NCBI GenBank assembly: GCA_029258495.1 | Contig: JARHYV010000130.1 | Span: 1-46,093 of the forward strand | Reading direction: 5' to 3' | DNA from: Faecousia sp. | Lineage (GTDB): Bacteria > Bacillota > Clostridia > Oscillospirales > Oscillospiraceae | DNA: 46,093 nucleotides | Shown: one piece after another, positions 9,008 through 18,380 of the stretch | How the letters are laid out: each line of letters opens with the position of its first letter | How positions within the stretch are numbered: the first letter of the stretch is position 1 | The notes under the pieces: generated by a model | Told to the model about the DNA's origin: nothing | What the model saw: only the letters and a program-made list of their open reading frames with translations | Databases searched by the model: none | Position numbers and translations under genes: made by a program

Positions 9008-9576
9008 TGCGAACCATCCCTTTCTCCGTCCATGGGCCAGCCTGCCGCATGCAGGGCATCATCCCCGTTGTTGGCAGTCTGTGTCGCCTGAGCTGCCACA
9101 TGAATGGCAGCGTTTGCCTGCTGATACAGCTCGTCCATATCACCGGAGAAGGTCACAGCCGTAAACAGCGGCTCGGTTTCCTCTCCGGGAGCCAGTGGGG
9201 TGTTGTAATAATACGCGCCGTCCTTCTCCGTCCAGCAAGCCGTGTTCAGCTCCAGCTCCATCATAGACGGATCTGCCTGCCGGTGTCCCTGCAGGGTGAT
9301 CTCCCGATCGACCAGCAGCCGCACATAGGCCGCACTGCTGCCTACATTTGCAACGGTGACGATCTTGCTGATCCGCTGCCCCGGCAGCACCTTTCCTGGC
9401 TGCTCATAGGGAACCAGTGTGCCGTCATCCAGACGGGCATTTTCCTTCAGCCGGATCCGGACACTGCCGGCTGTGATCACATTTCGTGCAATGCCCGTGC
9501 CGCTGAAACAGGCCAATGTCCCGGGTACTGCTAGGCAGATCACCAAAACCGCCAGGACTGCGATCTTCTTTTTCAT
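8992..9576 (-). CDS. SipW-dependent signal peptide protein, TasA/BsaA-like subunit 2
   Basis: MKKK...GTLA|CFSGTGIARNVITAGSV; LPGQRISKIVTVANVGSSAAYVR; YYYNTPLAPGE; RBS AAGGAG before ATG 9576. Confidence 0.88.
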   Translation of the reverse strand: MKKKIAVLAVLVICLAVPGTLACFSGTGIARNVITAGSVRIRLKENARLDDGTLVPYEQPGKVLPGQRISKIVTVANVGSSAAYVRLLVDREITLQGHRQADPSMMELELNTACWTEKDGAYYYNTPLAPGEETEPLFTAVTFSGDMDELYQQANAAIHVAAQATQTANNGDDALHAAGWPMDGERDGSQWQED

Positions 9577-9595
9577 TCCGAACACTCCTTTGATA

Positions 9596-9635
9596 CAGCA
9601 GCAAGCCGGGGCATGCCCCGTGGCTTGCTGCGCTG
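9596..9635 (-). promoter_or_regulatory. Intercistronic GC-rich stem-loop without U-tract
   Basis: CAGCAAGCC-GGGGCATGCCCC-GT-GGCTTGCTG between subunit 1 and subunit 2 genes. Confidence 0.55.
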
Positions 9636-9712
9636 TGCTTACGCCTGTCCTTCCGGCTTTGCGCAGCCGCTCCGGTCGCTACGATCCCTGAACAAATGGC
9701 ACAGGTGCATCT

Positions 9713-10309
9713 TTACGCGCCAAATCCGCCTGCTGCCCATGCCTCTGATGCCGTGGTGAACCCTTCCGACTGGATCGCATAAGCGTTTACAAGGATCTGC
9801 TTGCCCTGATAGCCAGCCAAAGTGTCCTGATCCACGGCAGCCGCAATCGAAAAGCTCTCAAATACCGGGATGTCCTGCCCTGCATTTGCGATCTGCTGAT
9901 AGGCATAGACCTGCTCCGCACCGTCCACCTTAGACCAACCCAGACGACTCATCTGGGCATCGATGCTCTGAGCAGCCGGTGATTCAATGGCGGCAATATC
10001 GTTCGCGATCTGCACAAACAGCCAGCAGTTTTCACTGGCTGCATCCACATGGATCACCGGATCCTTGGTATAGCTGTGCCCGGGCAGCAGGTGATATTCA
10101 TTGGTCTGGACACGATTGGATTCATCTGTTACATATGTACCATCCGGAGCAACCGCAGCCTCGTCCAGTGTAATGGCGACCCTGCCCACCGTAAAGGTAT
10201 TTGTTACATGATCCTGAGCAGTCAGGTATGCAACCGTACACATGACAGAGGATACCACCAAAGCCGCACCGCACAGTGCAGCAACCACTGTTTTTTTCAT
10301 TGTTTTCAT
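9713..10309 (-). CDS. SipW-dependent signal peptide protein, TasA/BsaA-like subunit 1 (probable major subunit)
   Basis: CTVA|YLTAQDHVTNTFTVGRV SipW-class motif; LLPGHSYTKDP; AYAIQ..AW; RBS AAGGAGG before ATG 10309. Confidence 0.88.
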   Translation of the reverse strand: MKTMKKTVVAALCGAALVVSSVMCTVAYLTAQDHVTNTFTVGRVAITLDEAAVAPDGTYVTDESNRVQTNEYHLLPGHSYTKDPVIHVDAASENCWLFVQIANDIAAIESPAAQSIDAQMSRLGWSKVDGAEQVYAYQQIANAGQDIPVFESFSIAAAVDQDTLAGYQGKQILVNAYAIQSEGFTTASEAWAAGGFGA

Positions 10310-10310
10310 T

Positions 10311-10910
10311 TTAGAAAACCTCCTTAGATGATATATGGGAAGCCTCTTCGGCATTGCCCCAAGATCGTTGTCCGGCAGAGCCTGCCTTGCTCTGTCGGGA
10401 TGCACCGGGAGCCTTACGACGATCGGTGAACAGCTCCGGAACAAAAATGAGTATCAAAAGGATCGCTCCCCCTGCACAGGAACACAATCTTCCGGACGGA
10501 GTCTGGATATAGCTGGCCGCATACCCCAGATACGGTACCATGAATACCGGCTTGCCGATCACATTCTCTTCCTGTACCGGCTCGATATCTGCCGAGGTGT
10601 TGGCATCGCCTTTCGTTCGGTAGCAGATGCCACCATCCTGCTGTATGATCTCCACCACCCGATGCGTCGCTGCGGTATGCTCATTGAGCATAAAGGTGAT
10701 AGGGTCACCGGGATTGATCCCGCTGCGGTCTGTCCGCTGAACATAGATCAGCGACCCCACCGGATATTCCGGCTCCATAGAGCCCGACCGCACGGCAAAG
10801 GCCTGCAGACCCACCAGTCGTCCGCCTGCCAGCAGTACCGCCATGATCGCCACTGCCGCCACCAAAACCGTTGTGACGGCATCCCAAACTTTTCTCACTT
10901 TTCCATTCAT
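10311..10910 (-). CDS. sipW: ER-type (S26B) signal peptidase I
   Basis: SGSMEP (Ser), THRVV (His), TKGDAN..D motifs; N- and C-terminal TM helices. Confidence 0.95.
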   Translation of the reverse strand: MNGKVRKVWDAVTTVLVAAVAIMAVLLAGGRLVGLQAFAVRSGSMEPEYPVGSLIYVQRTDRSGINPGDPITFMLNEHTAATHRVVEIIQQDGGICYRTKGDANTSADIEPVQEENVIGKPVFMVPYLGYAASYIQTPSGRLCSCAGGAILLILIFVPELFTDRRKAPGASRQSKAGSAGQRSWGNAEEASHISSKEVF

Positions 10911-11062
10911 CTGTCATTTCCCTTCATTTCATTACACTTCCTTGTGGAAGGGGATCAAAATGGGTTTTGCCTGTATATTCTACCCAACTGTGGCTGTCGA
11001 GTTTTATCAAATACAAGTCCTGCACAAAAATTTTTCACCTCCGGTATCCCGTTGGAGCCGAC

Positions 11063-11100
11063 AAAAAAATCGTCCCTTACCGAAGTAAGGGACGATTTTT
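11063..11100 (-). terminator. Terminator after sbcC
   Basis: AAAAATCGTCCCTTAC-CGAA-GTAAGGGACGATTTTT perfect stem with U-tract. Confidence 0.9.
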
Positions 11101-11106
11101 CTACGA

Positions 11107-13794
11107 TCAGCAGGTGATCTTGCACACGCTGCCATCTTTTGTCTTGGAGATTTGGATCTTGGCGGGAATGGTTTCCGCCAGTCGTTCCACATGGGAGATG
11201 ATGCCCACCATGCCGGAGCTGCGCCGGATGCCGTTCAGGATCTCCAGTGCATCGTCAATGGATTTGCGATCCAGAGAGCCGAACCCCTCATCGATGAACA
11301 TCGCCTCCAGTCGGACTCCGCTGCCCTGCGCCTGAACCACGGTGGAAAGCCCGATGGCAAGGCTCAGCGACAGCAGGAACTTCTCGCCGCCGGACAGGGT
11401 GGTCACGCTCCTGCGTCCGTTGTGATCGGCAACCTCCAGCTCCAGACCGCGCTTTCTGGCAGAGCCCGACGACTCATTGGTGCGGTAGAGCTGATACCGA
11501 CCGCCGTAGACTGTCCTGAGCAGCTGATTGGCGGCAGCGGTGATGGAGGTGAGCATGACGCCAAGCACATACCGCTGCAGGCTGATGCCGTAATCCCCTC
11601 GGATGCGCTTTGCAAAGACCACAGCCTCATCGCACTTTGCCCGTTTTTCGCCGTAAGCTTTGGTGCGTTTTTCCAGATCCTCTGCATCCTTTTCCATGGT
11701 CTTCCGGCGGCTGTTTCTGAGCACATAGACCTCGTTCAGGTCGCTCTGCTGCTTTTGCGCCTGCTCCAGTCGCTGCTTTGCCCCCTGCACATCCGGCTGC
11801 TGCCGGTCTTGGAGCTGCGCCTGCTTTTCCGCTACTTCTCTTGCGGCATTGGCAAGATCGGTGCGGAACTGGATCAGTGCCGTTCTGCGCCGCTGAAGGG
11901 CCGCCGTATCCATGCAGGCTGCCTGATACTGGGCATCGTTTTGGAACCCTGCATCCGTCCGAGCCTGCTCCCATCTGCATCTATGCTCGTCAAACTCTTC
12001 CGACGCAGCCTCCAGGTTCTTCCGGCTGCGCTCAAGCCCCATACGGGATGCTTGCAGATTGCCCTGAGCATCCTGCATCCTCTGCTGCAGCTCCGTTTCC
12101 GTCCGCTCAAAGTCACCGATCGCCTTTTCAAGTCCCTGTGCCGCTGCAAGCAGCTGCTGCAGATTGTCGATCCCCGGGATCCGCTGGGCTTTGACCTGCT
12201 TGTACTCCGTCACTGCCACCGCATAATCCTGCTGTTTCTGGGTGAGCACGCTCTGCGCAGATTTATAGTCTTCATCTGCCTCCATATAGCCTTTTCGGGC
12301 AGCATCCTCCTGTCTGATGGCAGCCGTCCTGTCTTGGGCGCAGCGTTTCAGCTCGTCCTCGGTCACATGCCCCTCCGCAGGGCGCGCCGGTGCCGGATGG
12401 GACAGGCTGCCGCAGACCGGACAAGGTGCTCCGTCGGTGAGCTTTTCCGCCAGAATGCTGCCGATACCGGACAGATACAGCATCTGCACATGCTCAAATG
12501 TTTCCGATGCCTGCTGCTGCATCCGGATCGCCTGCTCCCACCGGCTGCGTGCGTGGCAGCGCTTTTCCTCCGCCTTATCAGACCGGATCTTGGCATCCTG
12601 TAAGGCAGCCTTCGCCTGATGCCCCTGCTGCTCCTTCTGCCCGAGGGCTTGATAGACCCCCTCGGCATTGTTCAGCAGCACCAGATCCTGCGTATTCCGC
12701 AGGTGACGCTGCCGGTCATTTTCGTGGCATGCCTGCCGCTGCTGAACCTCCTGCGCGGTGCGCTGTGCGCCCAGCACCGCCTGCTGCGCTTTTTCCACTT
12801 CCTTCTGCTCACGCAGCAGCTTTTGGTGCGCCAGCTCATACTGATGATAGTCCCCGGTGATCCGCTCTGCCGCATCCGCCCAATTCAGGATGACCTCCTC
12901 CTGATCGGCAGCGGACACCTTGGGCAGCAGGGCATTCAGCCGTTTTTTCAGCTCATCCAGCTGCTCAAATTCCCGATTTTCCAGCAGCAGCTTATCCCAT
13001 TCCTGCTTGCAGTCCTGAACCTCTTTGGTCAGCGCATTCAGCCGCTGCAAAAGCTCTTCCACCTGAACCGACTCCTCCGCGGTCATCTCCCGGAGCTGCT
13101 CAAGCCCCTGACAGCCATAGCCGTTCAGCTTATCCTGAATGAGCATCCGCTCCTGATCCAGCTGCTTGCTCTCGGCATCCGCCTGCTCATAGAGCCTGAC
13201 GGCGATCTTCTGCCATCGCTGCGCATGGAACAGGGTCACAAGGATCTTTTCCTTCTCCTCCGAGCCGGAGACCAACAGCCTTTCAAACTGCCCCTGAGGC
13301 AGGATGATGACCTGCCGGAACTGCTCATAGGTCAGCCCGATGAGCTGATTTGCCATCTCATTGAGAAAGGACGGCTTATCCTTGGCATCCGGCAGCGGGA
13401 CAAATGTCCCATCCTTCAGGATCTGACATTCACAGGTGGCATTGTATTCCGACAGCAGCTTTTTCTCCGGAGTTTCCACCGCCTTGCGTCTTTTCTTCGG
13501 CTTGAACCCCCGATAAAAGCGATAGCGCTCTGCGCCGCTTTCGAAGATGTACTCCACAAAGGTTTCGTCCGTATCCGCCGCCTGCTTGCAGCGCATCACC
13601 GGCAGCTCTCCGCGCAGTCCGCCGCTGGATCTTCCATAGAGGGCATAGCACATGGCATCCAGAATGGTGGTCTTGCCGGCTCCTGTTTCGCCGCAGATCA
13701 GGAACAGACCGTTCTTTTCCAGTTTGGTAAAATCCACGAATTGTTCCTGCATATACGGGCCGAAACACTGAAATCGCACGGAAATCGGTTTCAT
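11107..13794 (-). CDS. sbcC: SMC-like nuclease ATPase subunit SbcC
   Basis: Walker A GETGAGKTT, Q-loop LPQGQF, coiled coil, zinc hook CPVC, LSGGE, IDEGFGSLD; ATGA overlap with sbcD. Confidence 0.95.
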   Translation of the reverse strand: MKPISVRFQCFGPYMQEQFVDFTKLEKNGLFLICGETGAGKTTILDAMCYALYGRSSGGLRGELPVMRCKQAADTDETFVEYIFESGAERYRFYRGFKPKKRRKAVETPEKKLLSEYNATCECQILKDGTFVPLPDAKDKPSFLNEMANQLIGLTYEQFRQVIILPQGQFERLLVSGSEEKEKILVTLFHAQRWQKIAVRLYEQADAESKQLDQERMLIQDKLNGYGCQGLEQLREMTAEESVQVEELLQRLNALTKEVQDCKQEWDKLLLENREFEQLDELKKRLNALLPKVSAADQEEVILNWADAAERITGDYHQYELAHQKLLREQKEVEKAQQAVLGAQRTAQEVQQRQACHENDRQRHLRNTQDLVLLNNAEGVYQALGQKEQQGHQAKAALQDAKIRSDKAEEKRCHARSRWEQAIRMQQQASETFEHVQMLYLSGIGSILAEKLTDGAPCPVCGSLSHPAPARPAEGHVTEDELKRCAQDRTAAIRQEDAARKGYMEADEDYKSAQSVLTQKQQDYAVAVTEYKQVKAQRIPGIDNLQQLLAAAQGLEKAIGDFERTETELQQRMQDAQGNLQASRMGLERSRKNLEAASEEFDEHRCRWEQARTDAGFQNDAQYQAACMDTAALQRRRTALIQFRTDLANAAREVAEKQAQLQDRQQPDVQGAKQRLEQAQKQQSDLNEVYVLRNSRRKTMEKDAEDLEKRTKAYGEKRAKCDEAVVFAKRIRGDYGISLQRYVLGVMLTSITAAANQLLRTVYGGRYQLYRTNESSGSARKRGLELEVADHNGRRSVTTLSGGEKFLLSLSLAIGLSTVVQAQGSGVRLEAMFIDEGFGSLDRKSIDDALEILNGIRRSSGMVGIISHVERLAETIPAKIQISKTKDGSVCKITC

Positions 13795-14921
13795 TGGACA
13801 TCCTCCTTCTGGGTCTGCGCAAGTGCCTGAGCAAATCTCTCCATTTCCTCCTCTGAGGGGGCATATTGGTAGCACTCGGCAAAGAATTTGCACATGATAT
13901 CGGTTTCATCCAGACTTTCCAGTTCTTCAACGGACAAAGATGAGGTTTCCTCCTCCGAGTCCACACGCTTTCCGATCAGCTCCAGAAGATAGGGAAAACG
14001 CTCCTTCAGATCCGCCTGCAGCTCCAGACCTGCATAGCGGTCGGTCACATGCAGCCGGAGATAATCCTGCTGCAGATCCGTTCTGGCGATCAGCTCCTCA
14101 TAGGTTCCTGTCGCGCTCTGCCGATCCCTGAGCAGGGGCAGCTCCACAAAGGTCTGCTCCATGGTGTCGGTATCCACCAGAACGACGCCCTTCTTCTGGC
14201 TCTCCTCCGCACCGAAGGAGTACTTGATGGGGCTGCCGCTGTAACGGATATGGGGTGCGATCACCTGAGGCTTGTGGATATGCCCCAGTGCCACATAGTC
14301 AAAGCCTGCAAACACATCCTTGGAAACCGCCGTGGCAGAGCCGACCTTTGCCGATCGGTCTGAGTCGGAAAGCTCCGCATTGACGATATAGGCATGGCTC
14401 ATGACGATGTTTTTTCGGCGGGTGTCCATATTCTCACGAATGTTCCGGCAAACCACCTGATAGGCATCCTCCTGCGAGCGGATCTGCTCCTGATCCTCCG
14501 GAAACAGGGCGATGACCTCGTCCCGGGTGAAATAGGGCAGGCTGTAAACCGCCGTCTTTCCGCCGTCCAGCAGGATCGGCTCCGGATCCCGCTCCAGTCT
14601 GCCGGTGACATACATGCCGGATCCCCTCAGCAGCTCCCGGCAGGACGAGAGCCGTGCCGCACTGTCGTGATTTCCTGCGATGAGGATGAATTTTACCCCC
14701 AGTCGGGCGCACAGTGTGGTGGCAGCATCGTTGAACAGCCGGATGGCATCGGCATTGGTGACGCTGCTGTCGTAGATGTCCCCTGCACACAGCACCGCCT
14801 CCACCTGCTCCTTCCGGATCAGCTCATACAGCCTGTCGAGGAAGTATCTCTGGCTGTCCTCATAGCTGCCAGAGCCCAGCGGCATGCCAAAATGCCAGTC
14901 GGATGTGTGAATGATTTTCAT
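13791..14921 (-). CDS. sbcD: Exonuclease SbcCD nuclease subunit D
   Basis: HTSDWH, AGDIYD, GNHD, SH, LGHIH metallophosphoesterase motifs. Confidence 0.95.
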   Translation of the reverse strand: MKIIHTSDWHFGMPLGSGSYEDSQRYFLDRLYELIRKEQVEAVLCAGDIYDSSVTNADAIRLFNDAATTLCARLGVKFILIAGNHDSAARLSSCRELLRGSGMYVTGRLERDPEPILLDGGKTAVYSLPYFTRDEVIALFPEDQEQIRSQEDAYQVVCRNIRENMDTRRKNIVMSHAYIVNAELSDSDRSAKVGSATAVSKDVFAGFDYVALGHIHKPQVIAPHIRYSGSPIKYSFGAEESQKKGVVLVDTDTMEQTFVELPLLRDRQSATGTYEELIARTDLQQDYLRLHVTDRYAGLELQADLKERFPYLLELIGKRVDSEEETSSLSVEELESLDETDIMCKFFAECYQYAPSEEEMERFAQALAQTQKEDVQ

Positions 14922-15032
14922 AGCCTGTCCCCTTTCCCCAAGAAAAACACAAATCTGCAAATATCTTCTCAAAATCAGAATAAACAGCAAAAAATCCCGT
15001 ATTCTTGTTTTCTATTATACTGTTCCGGCAGG

Positions 15033-15139
15033 AAAAAGTAAAGCCGGAAGGTTCCGGTTTCCCGGGATCTTCCGGCTGTGCACGGACTGATCCGGCACGC
15101 ACATGCAAAAAAGCAGCCGTCCCCACCGGAAACGGCTGC
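15033..15139 (-). terminator. Two tandem terminator hairpins after nagD
   Basis: GCAGCCGT...ACGGCTGC + U-tract (15107-15139) and AGCCGGAAG...CTTCCGGCT + UUACUUUUU (15033-15077). Confidence 0.7.
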
Positions 15140-15147
15140 AAGCTGAT

Positions 15148-15957
15148 TTACTTTGCAGGGGGTGCTTTTTTCTGGAGCTGTGCCTGCTTGACGATGTCGC
15201 CCACACCATCGAGAACTACGGTAGGACGGTAGGCAAATGTCCTGAGGGTTTCCATCGTGGATACACCGGACAGCACCAGAATGGTGGACATGCCGCTTTC
15301 CATGCCGGAAACGATATCCGTATCCATCCGATCGCCCACCATGACGGCCTCGGAAGAATGGCAGCCCAGCAGACGCAGACCCGTGCGCATCATCAGCGGA
15401 TTGGGCTTGCCGCAGAAATATGCCTGCGTGCCCGTTGCCTTTTCGATGGGAGCGACCAATGCCCCACAGGCAGGTGCGATGCCGTTTTCGATGGGGCCGG
15501 ACAGGTCGGAGTTGGCGCCGATCAGCTTTGCGCCCCTCATCACAAGATTGGTAGCTTTGGTCAGGGTGTCCAGAGAATATGCCTTTCCCTCGCCCATGAC
15601 CACATAGTCCGGGTTCACATCGTTCATGGTGATGCCTGCATCATACAGGGCATTGAACAGACCTGCCTCGCCGATGGCATACACCGAACATCCGGGAGAT
15701 TGCTCCTTGAGGAAGGCAGCCGTTGCCAGCGCACTGGTATAAAAATGCTTTTCCGGCACATCCAGACCCATGCGCGCCAGCTTTTGCTGGAGCTCTCTGG
15801 GGGTGGAGCCGCTGTTATTGGTCAGGAACAGGAATTCCTTCTTCTCACGGTGCAGCCAGTCGATAAACTCCGCAACACCGGGTAAAATCTTATTTCCATG
15901 GTAGATGACTCCATCCATATCGCAGATAAAGCCCTTTTTTTCTTCAAACTGAATCAT
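15148..15957 (-). CDS. nagD: HAD-IIA family phosphatase (NagD-like)
   Basis: DMDGV, LTNN, GKP, VGDRMDTD motifs. Confidence 0.9.
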   Translation of the reverse strand: MIQFEEKKGFICDMDGVIYHGNKILPGVAEFIDWLHREKKEFLFLTNNSGSTPRELQQKLARMGLDVPEKHFYTSALATAAFLKEQSPGCSVYAIGEAGLFNALYDAGITMNDVNPDYVVMGEGKAYSLDTLTKATNLVMRGAKLIGANSDLSGPIENGIAPACGALVAPIEKATGTQAYFCGKPNPLMMRTGLRLLGCHSSEAVMVGDRMDTDIVSGMESGMSTILVLSGVSTMETLRTFAYRPTVVLDGVGDIVKQAQLQKKAPPAK

Positions 15958-16087
15958 ATAGAATCCTTTCTATTGATATATTCCTTAGATATTCTCATTA
16001 CAAGATTATTATATCGGACACATCTGCCAAAACAATCAAAGACATTTGAATTCTATGTAAAGTTTCGGTAAACTGCCGTCCCATGGG

Positions 16088-16891
16088 TCACTGGGCTTTG
16101 GGTGTATCCGTCACCCGATCAAGCTGTTTCAGCGACCCTACCACCAGATAACGGGCATCCTGATATTCATAAGAGCAGGTGGACAGCAGCACAGAGTGTT
16201 CCACCGTGCTCAGATCCGTTTCGATGGGATATACCGACCGATCCTGCACATCCTCCAGGAATTTCCGATATGCGTCCTCGGAATAGGGGAACCGATAAAT
16301 ATCCGAGTCTGCATCCGTCTGGAGGACACCGATCACATCCACCCGATAGTCCGCATCCGGTGTGAGCAGGTACATGACCGGGTGTTCCTTGTAAAATTCC
16401 TCGCTCTGATACTCTGCAAGCACCGCAAACATGCTGTCGTTGTTCATATTGTGCCCGTAGATGATGCTGTTGTGATCCTTGAACTCCCCATCGCTGCGAT
16501 AGTCCATAAAGATCGAGCCGGAGTGATTGTAGTTGCCGTCGAGCATCCGGCGCAGGTAATAGTCGTTGTCCTGTGCCTGAACAATGGGATAATTCAGCGT
16601 GGTATCCGGGCAGTAGATCCATCCCACCACATCCTCATTCTCCTGAAGCAGTGCGTCAAAATCCACCTCAATGGGAGCCGTTTCCTTGGGAACCGAAGGC
16701 TCGGTGGCATCGGGAGCGGGCTTTTTTGTGTCGGACTGCTTGACAAATTTGTCTGTTGTCGCGGCATAGACCTTTTCCGCCTGAGAATACGCGCTGTAAA
16801 TGGAGTAGATCTGATAGCCGGAATAGCACATCACACCCAGACAGATCACCAACAGAACACTTCTTAAAAACTTTTTCATATCGTATTCCAT
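16088..16891 (-). CDS. srtB: Class B sortase
   Basis: N-terminal TM; YPIVQ..DNDYYL, GSIFMD, IYGHNM (His), LSTC (Cys), ARY (Arg). Confidence 0.92.
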   Translation of the reverse strand: MEYDMKKFLRSVLLVICLGVMCYSGYQIYSIYSAYSQAEKVYAATTDKFVKQSDTKKPAPDATEPSVPKETAPIEVDFDALLQENEDVVGWIYCPDTTLNYPIVQAQDNDYYLRRMLDGNYNHSGSIFMDYRSDGEFKDHNSIIYGHNMNNDSMFAVLAEYQSEEFYKEHPVMYLLTPDADYRVDVIGVLQTDADSDIYRFPYSEDAYRKFLEDVQDRSVYPIETDLSTVEHSVLLSTCSYEYQDARYLVVGSLKQLDRVTDTPKAQ

Positions 16892-17040
16892 CTTTCAGAC
16901 GGAAACCTCCTATTTGATTATAGCTGCATTATATCACACCGCTGCGGAAAATAACAAATGAATTTATTGTGATTTTATCACGGAAGGGATCGGATCTCCG
17001 GGTTATACTAAAGGCACTTAAACGGAAGGAGCTATTGATT

Positions 17041-17364
17041 ATGGCTATCATGGAATTGAACAACGAACTGTTTCAGCAATCTGTAAATGAGGGCGAAAAG
17101 CCCGTTCTGGTGGACTTCTGGGCACCTTGGTGCGTCTACTGCCGCCGTATCGCTCCGGCATACGAGAAGATCGGCGATCAGTACTCCGATGACATCGTGG
17201 TTGCAAAGGTGAACATCGACGAAAATCCCGAGCTTGCCGCCAAGGAGCATATCGAGGTCATTCCCACACTGGTGCTCTACCACAAGGGTCAGGCTCTGGG
17301 CTCCATTGTGGCACCCGAGTCCAAGGCAGCCATTGAAGAATTCATCCAAGAGCATATGGGCTGA
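17041..17364 (+). CDS. trxA: Thioredoxin
   Basis: VLVDFWAPWCVYC, cis-Pro IPT; RBS GGAAGGAG. Confidence 0.9.
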   Translation: MAIMELNNELFQQSVNEGEKPVLVDFWAPWCVYCRRIAPAYEKIGDQYSDDIVVAKVNIDENPELAAKEHIEVIPTLVLYHKGQALGSIVAPESKAAIEEFIQEHMG

Positions 17365-17378
17365 GCCCGGGAGGATAT

Positions 17379-18305
17379 ATGGATCACATTTATGACATGA
17401 TCATCGTCGGCGGCGGGCCCGGCGGCTACACGGCGGCGCTGTACGCCGCCCGTGCAGGACTGGACACCCTGATCGTCGAGCGGCTCTCCGCCGGTGGTCA
17501 GATGGCTCTCACCGCTCAGATCGACAACTACCCCGGATTTGACGAGGGCGTAGACGGCTTTACTCTGGGGCAGAAGATGCAGGCAGGTGCCGAGCGTTTC
17601 GGCGCCAAGTCCGAGATGGCCGATGTGCTGAAACTGGATCTCAAATCCGAGATCAAGGTGGTGGAAACCTCCGAAGGCACCTTCTACGGCCGCACCGTCG
17701 CCATCTCCACCGGTGCCGCCCATCGGGAACTGGGTCTGCCCAACGAGCAGTCCCTCATCGGCAGAGGCGTCAACTACTGCGCCGCCTGTGACGGCATGTT
17801 CTATCGGGGCAAGACCGTCGTGGTGGTCGGCGGCGGAAACACCGCTGCCGCTGATGCGCTGCTGCTGTCCAGAGTGGCAAAGAAGGTCATCCTTGTCCAC
17901 CGTCGGGACACCATGCGCGCCACCAAGATCTACCACAAGCCCCTGTTGGAGGCAGAAAATGTGGAATTCCACTGGAACAGTGCCGTTTCCGAACTTTTGG
18001 CTGAGGAAAAGCTCTATGCCGTAAAACTTCGGGATGTGAACACCGGCGAAGAAACCGTGGTAGAAACCGACGGTATCTTCGTGAGCATCGGCAGAAAGCC
18101 CACCACCGCTCTGGTGGAAGGACAGCTGGAGCTGGATGCCGCAGGCTATATCGTCGCCGGAGAGTCCACCCAGACCAACATCCCCGGTGTATTTGCAGTG
18201 GGTGATGTGCGCACCAAGCAGGTTCGTCAGGTGGTGACTGCCGTTGCAGACGGCGCCGTTGCCGTGCATCAGGCGGAGGAATATCTAGCCAGTCTTCATG
18301 ACTAA
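17379..18305 (+). CDS. trxB: Thioredoxin-disulfide reductase
   Basis: GGGPGG, YCAACDG, GGGNTA, HRRD, FAVGD. Confidence 0.95.
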   Translation: MDHIYDMIIVGGGPGGYTAALYAARAGLDTLIVERLSAGGQMALTAQIDNYPGFDEGVDGFTLGQKMQAGAERFGAKSEMADVLKLDLKSEIKVVETSEGTFYGRTVAISTGAAHRELGLPNEQSLIGRGVNYCAACDGMFYRGKTVVVVGGGNTAAADALLLSRVAKKVILVHRRDTMRATKIYHKPLLEAENVEFHWNSAVSELLAEEKLYAVKLRDVNTGEETVVETDGIFVSIGRKPTTALVEGQLELDAAGYIVAGESTQTNIPGVFAVGDVRTKQVRQVVTAVADGAVAVHQAEEYLASLHD

Positions 18306-18318
18306 ACTCATTTGTCTA

Positions 18319-18360
18319 TAAAGGAACACCGTCCATCTTCCGATGGGCGGTGTTTCTTTT
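18319..18360. terminator. Bidirectional terminator
   Basis: AAAGGAACACCGTCCATC...GATGGGCGGTGTTTCTTTT between convergent operons. Confidence 0.8.
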
Positions 18361-18380
18361 ACGGTCGGATGCCTCTGGCA

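Noticed and set aside
11107-14921. SMC-type defence system (Wadjet/Lamassu)
   Set aside because: Canonical SbcCD motifs including the zinc hook; no accessory defence genes
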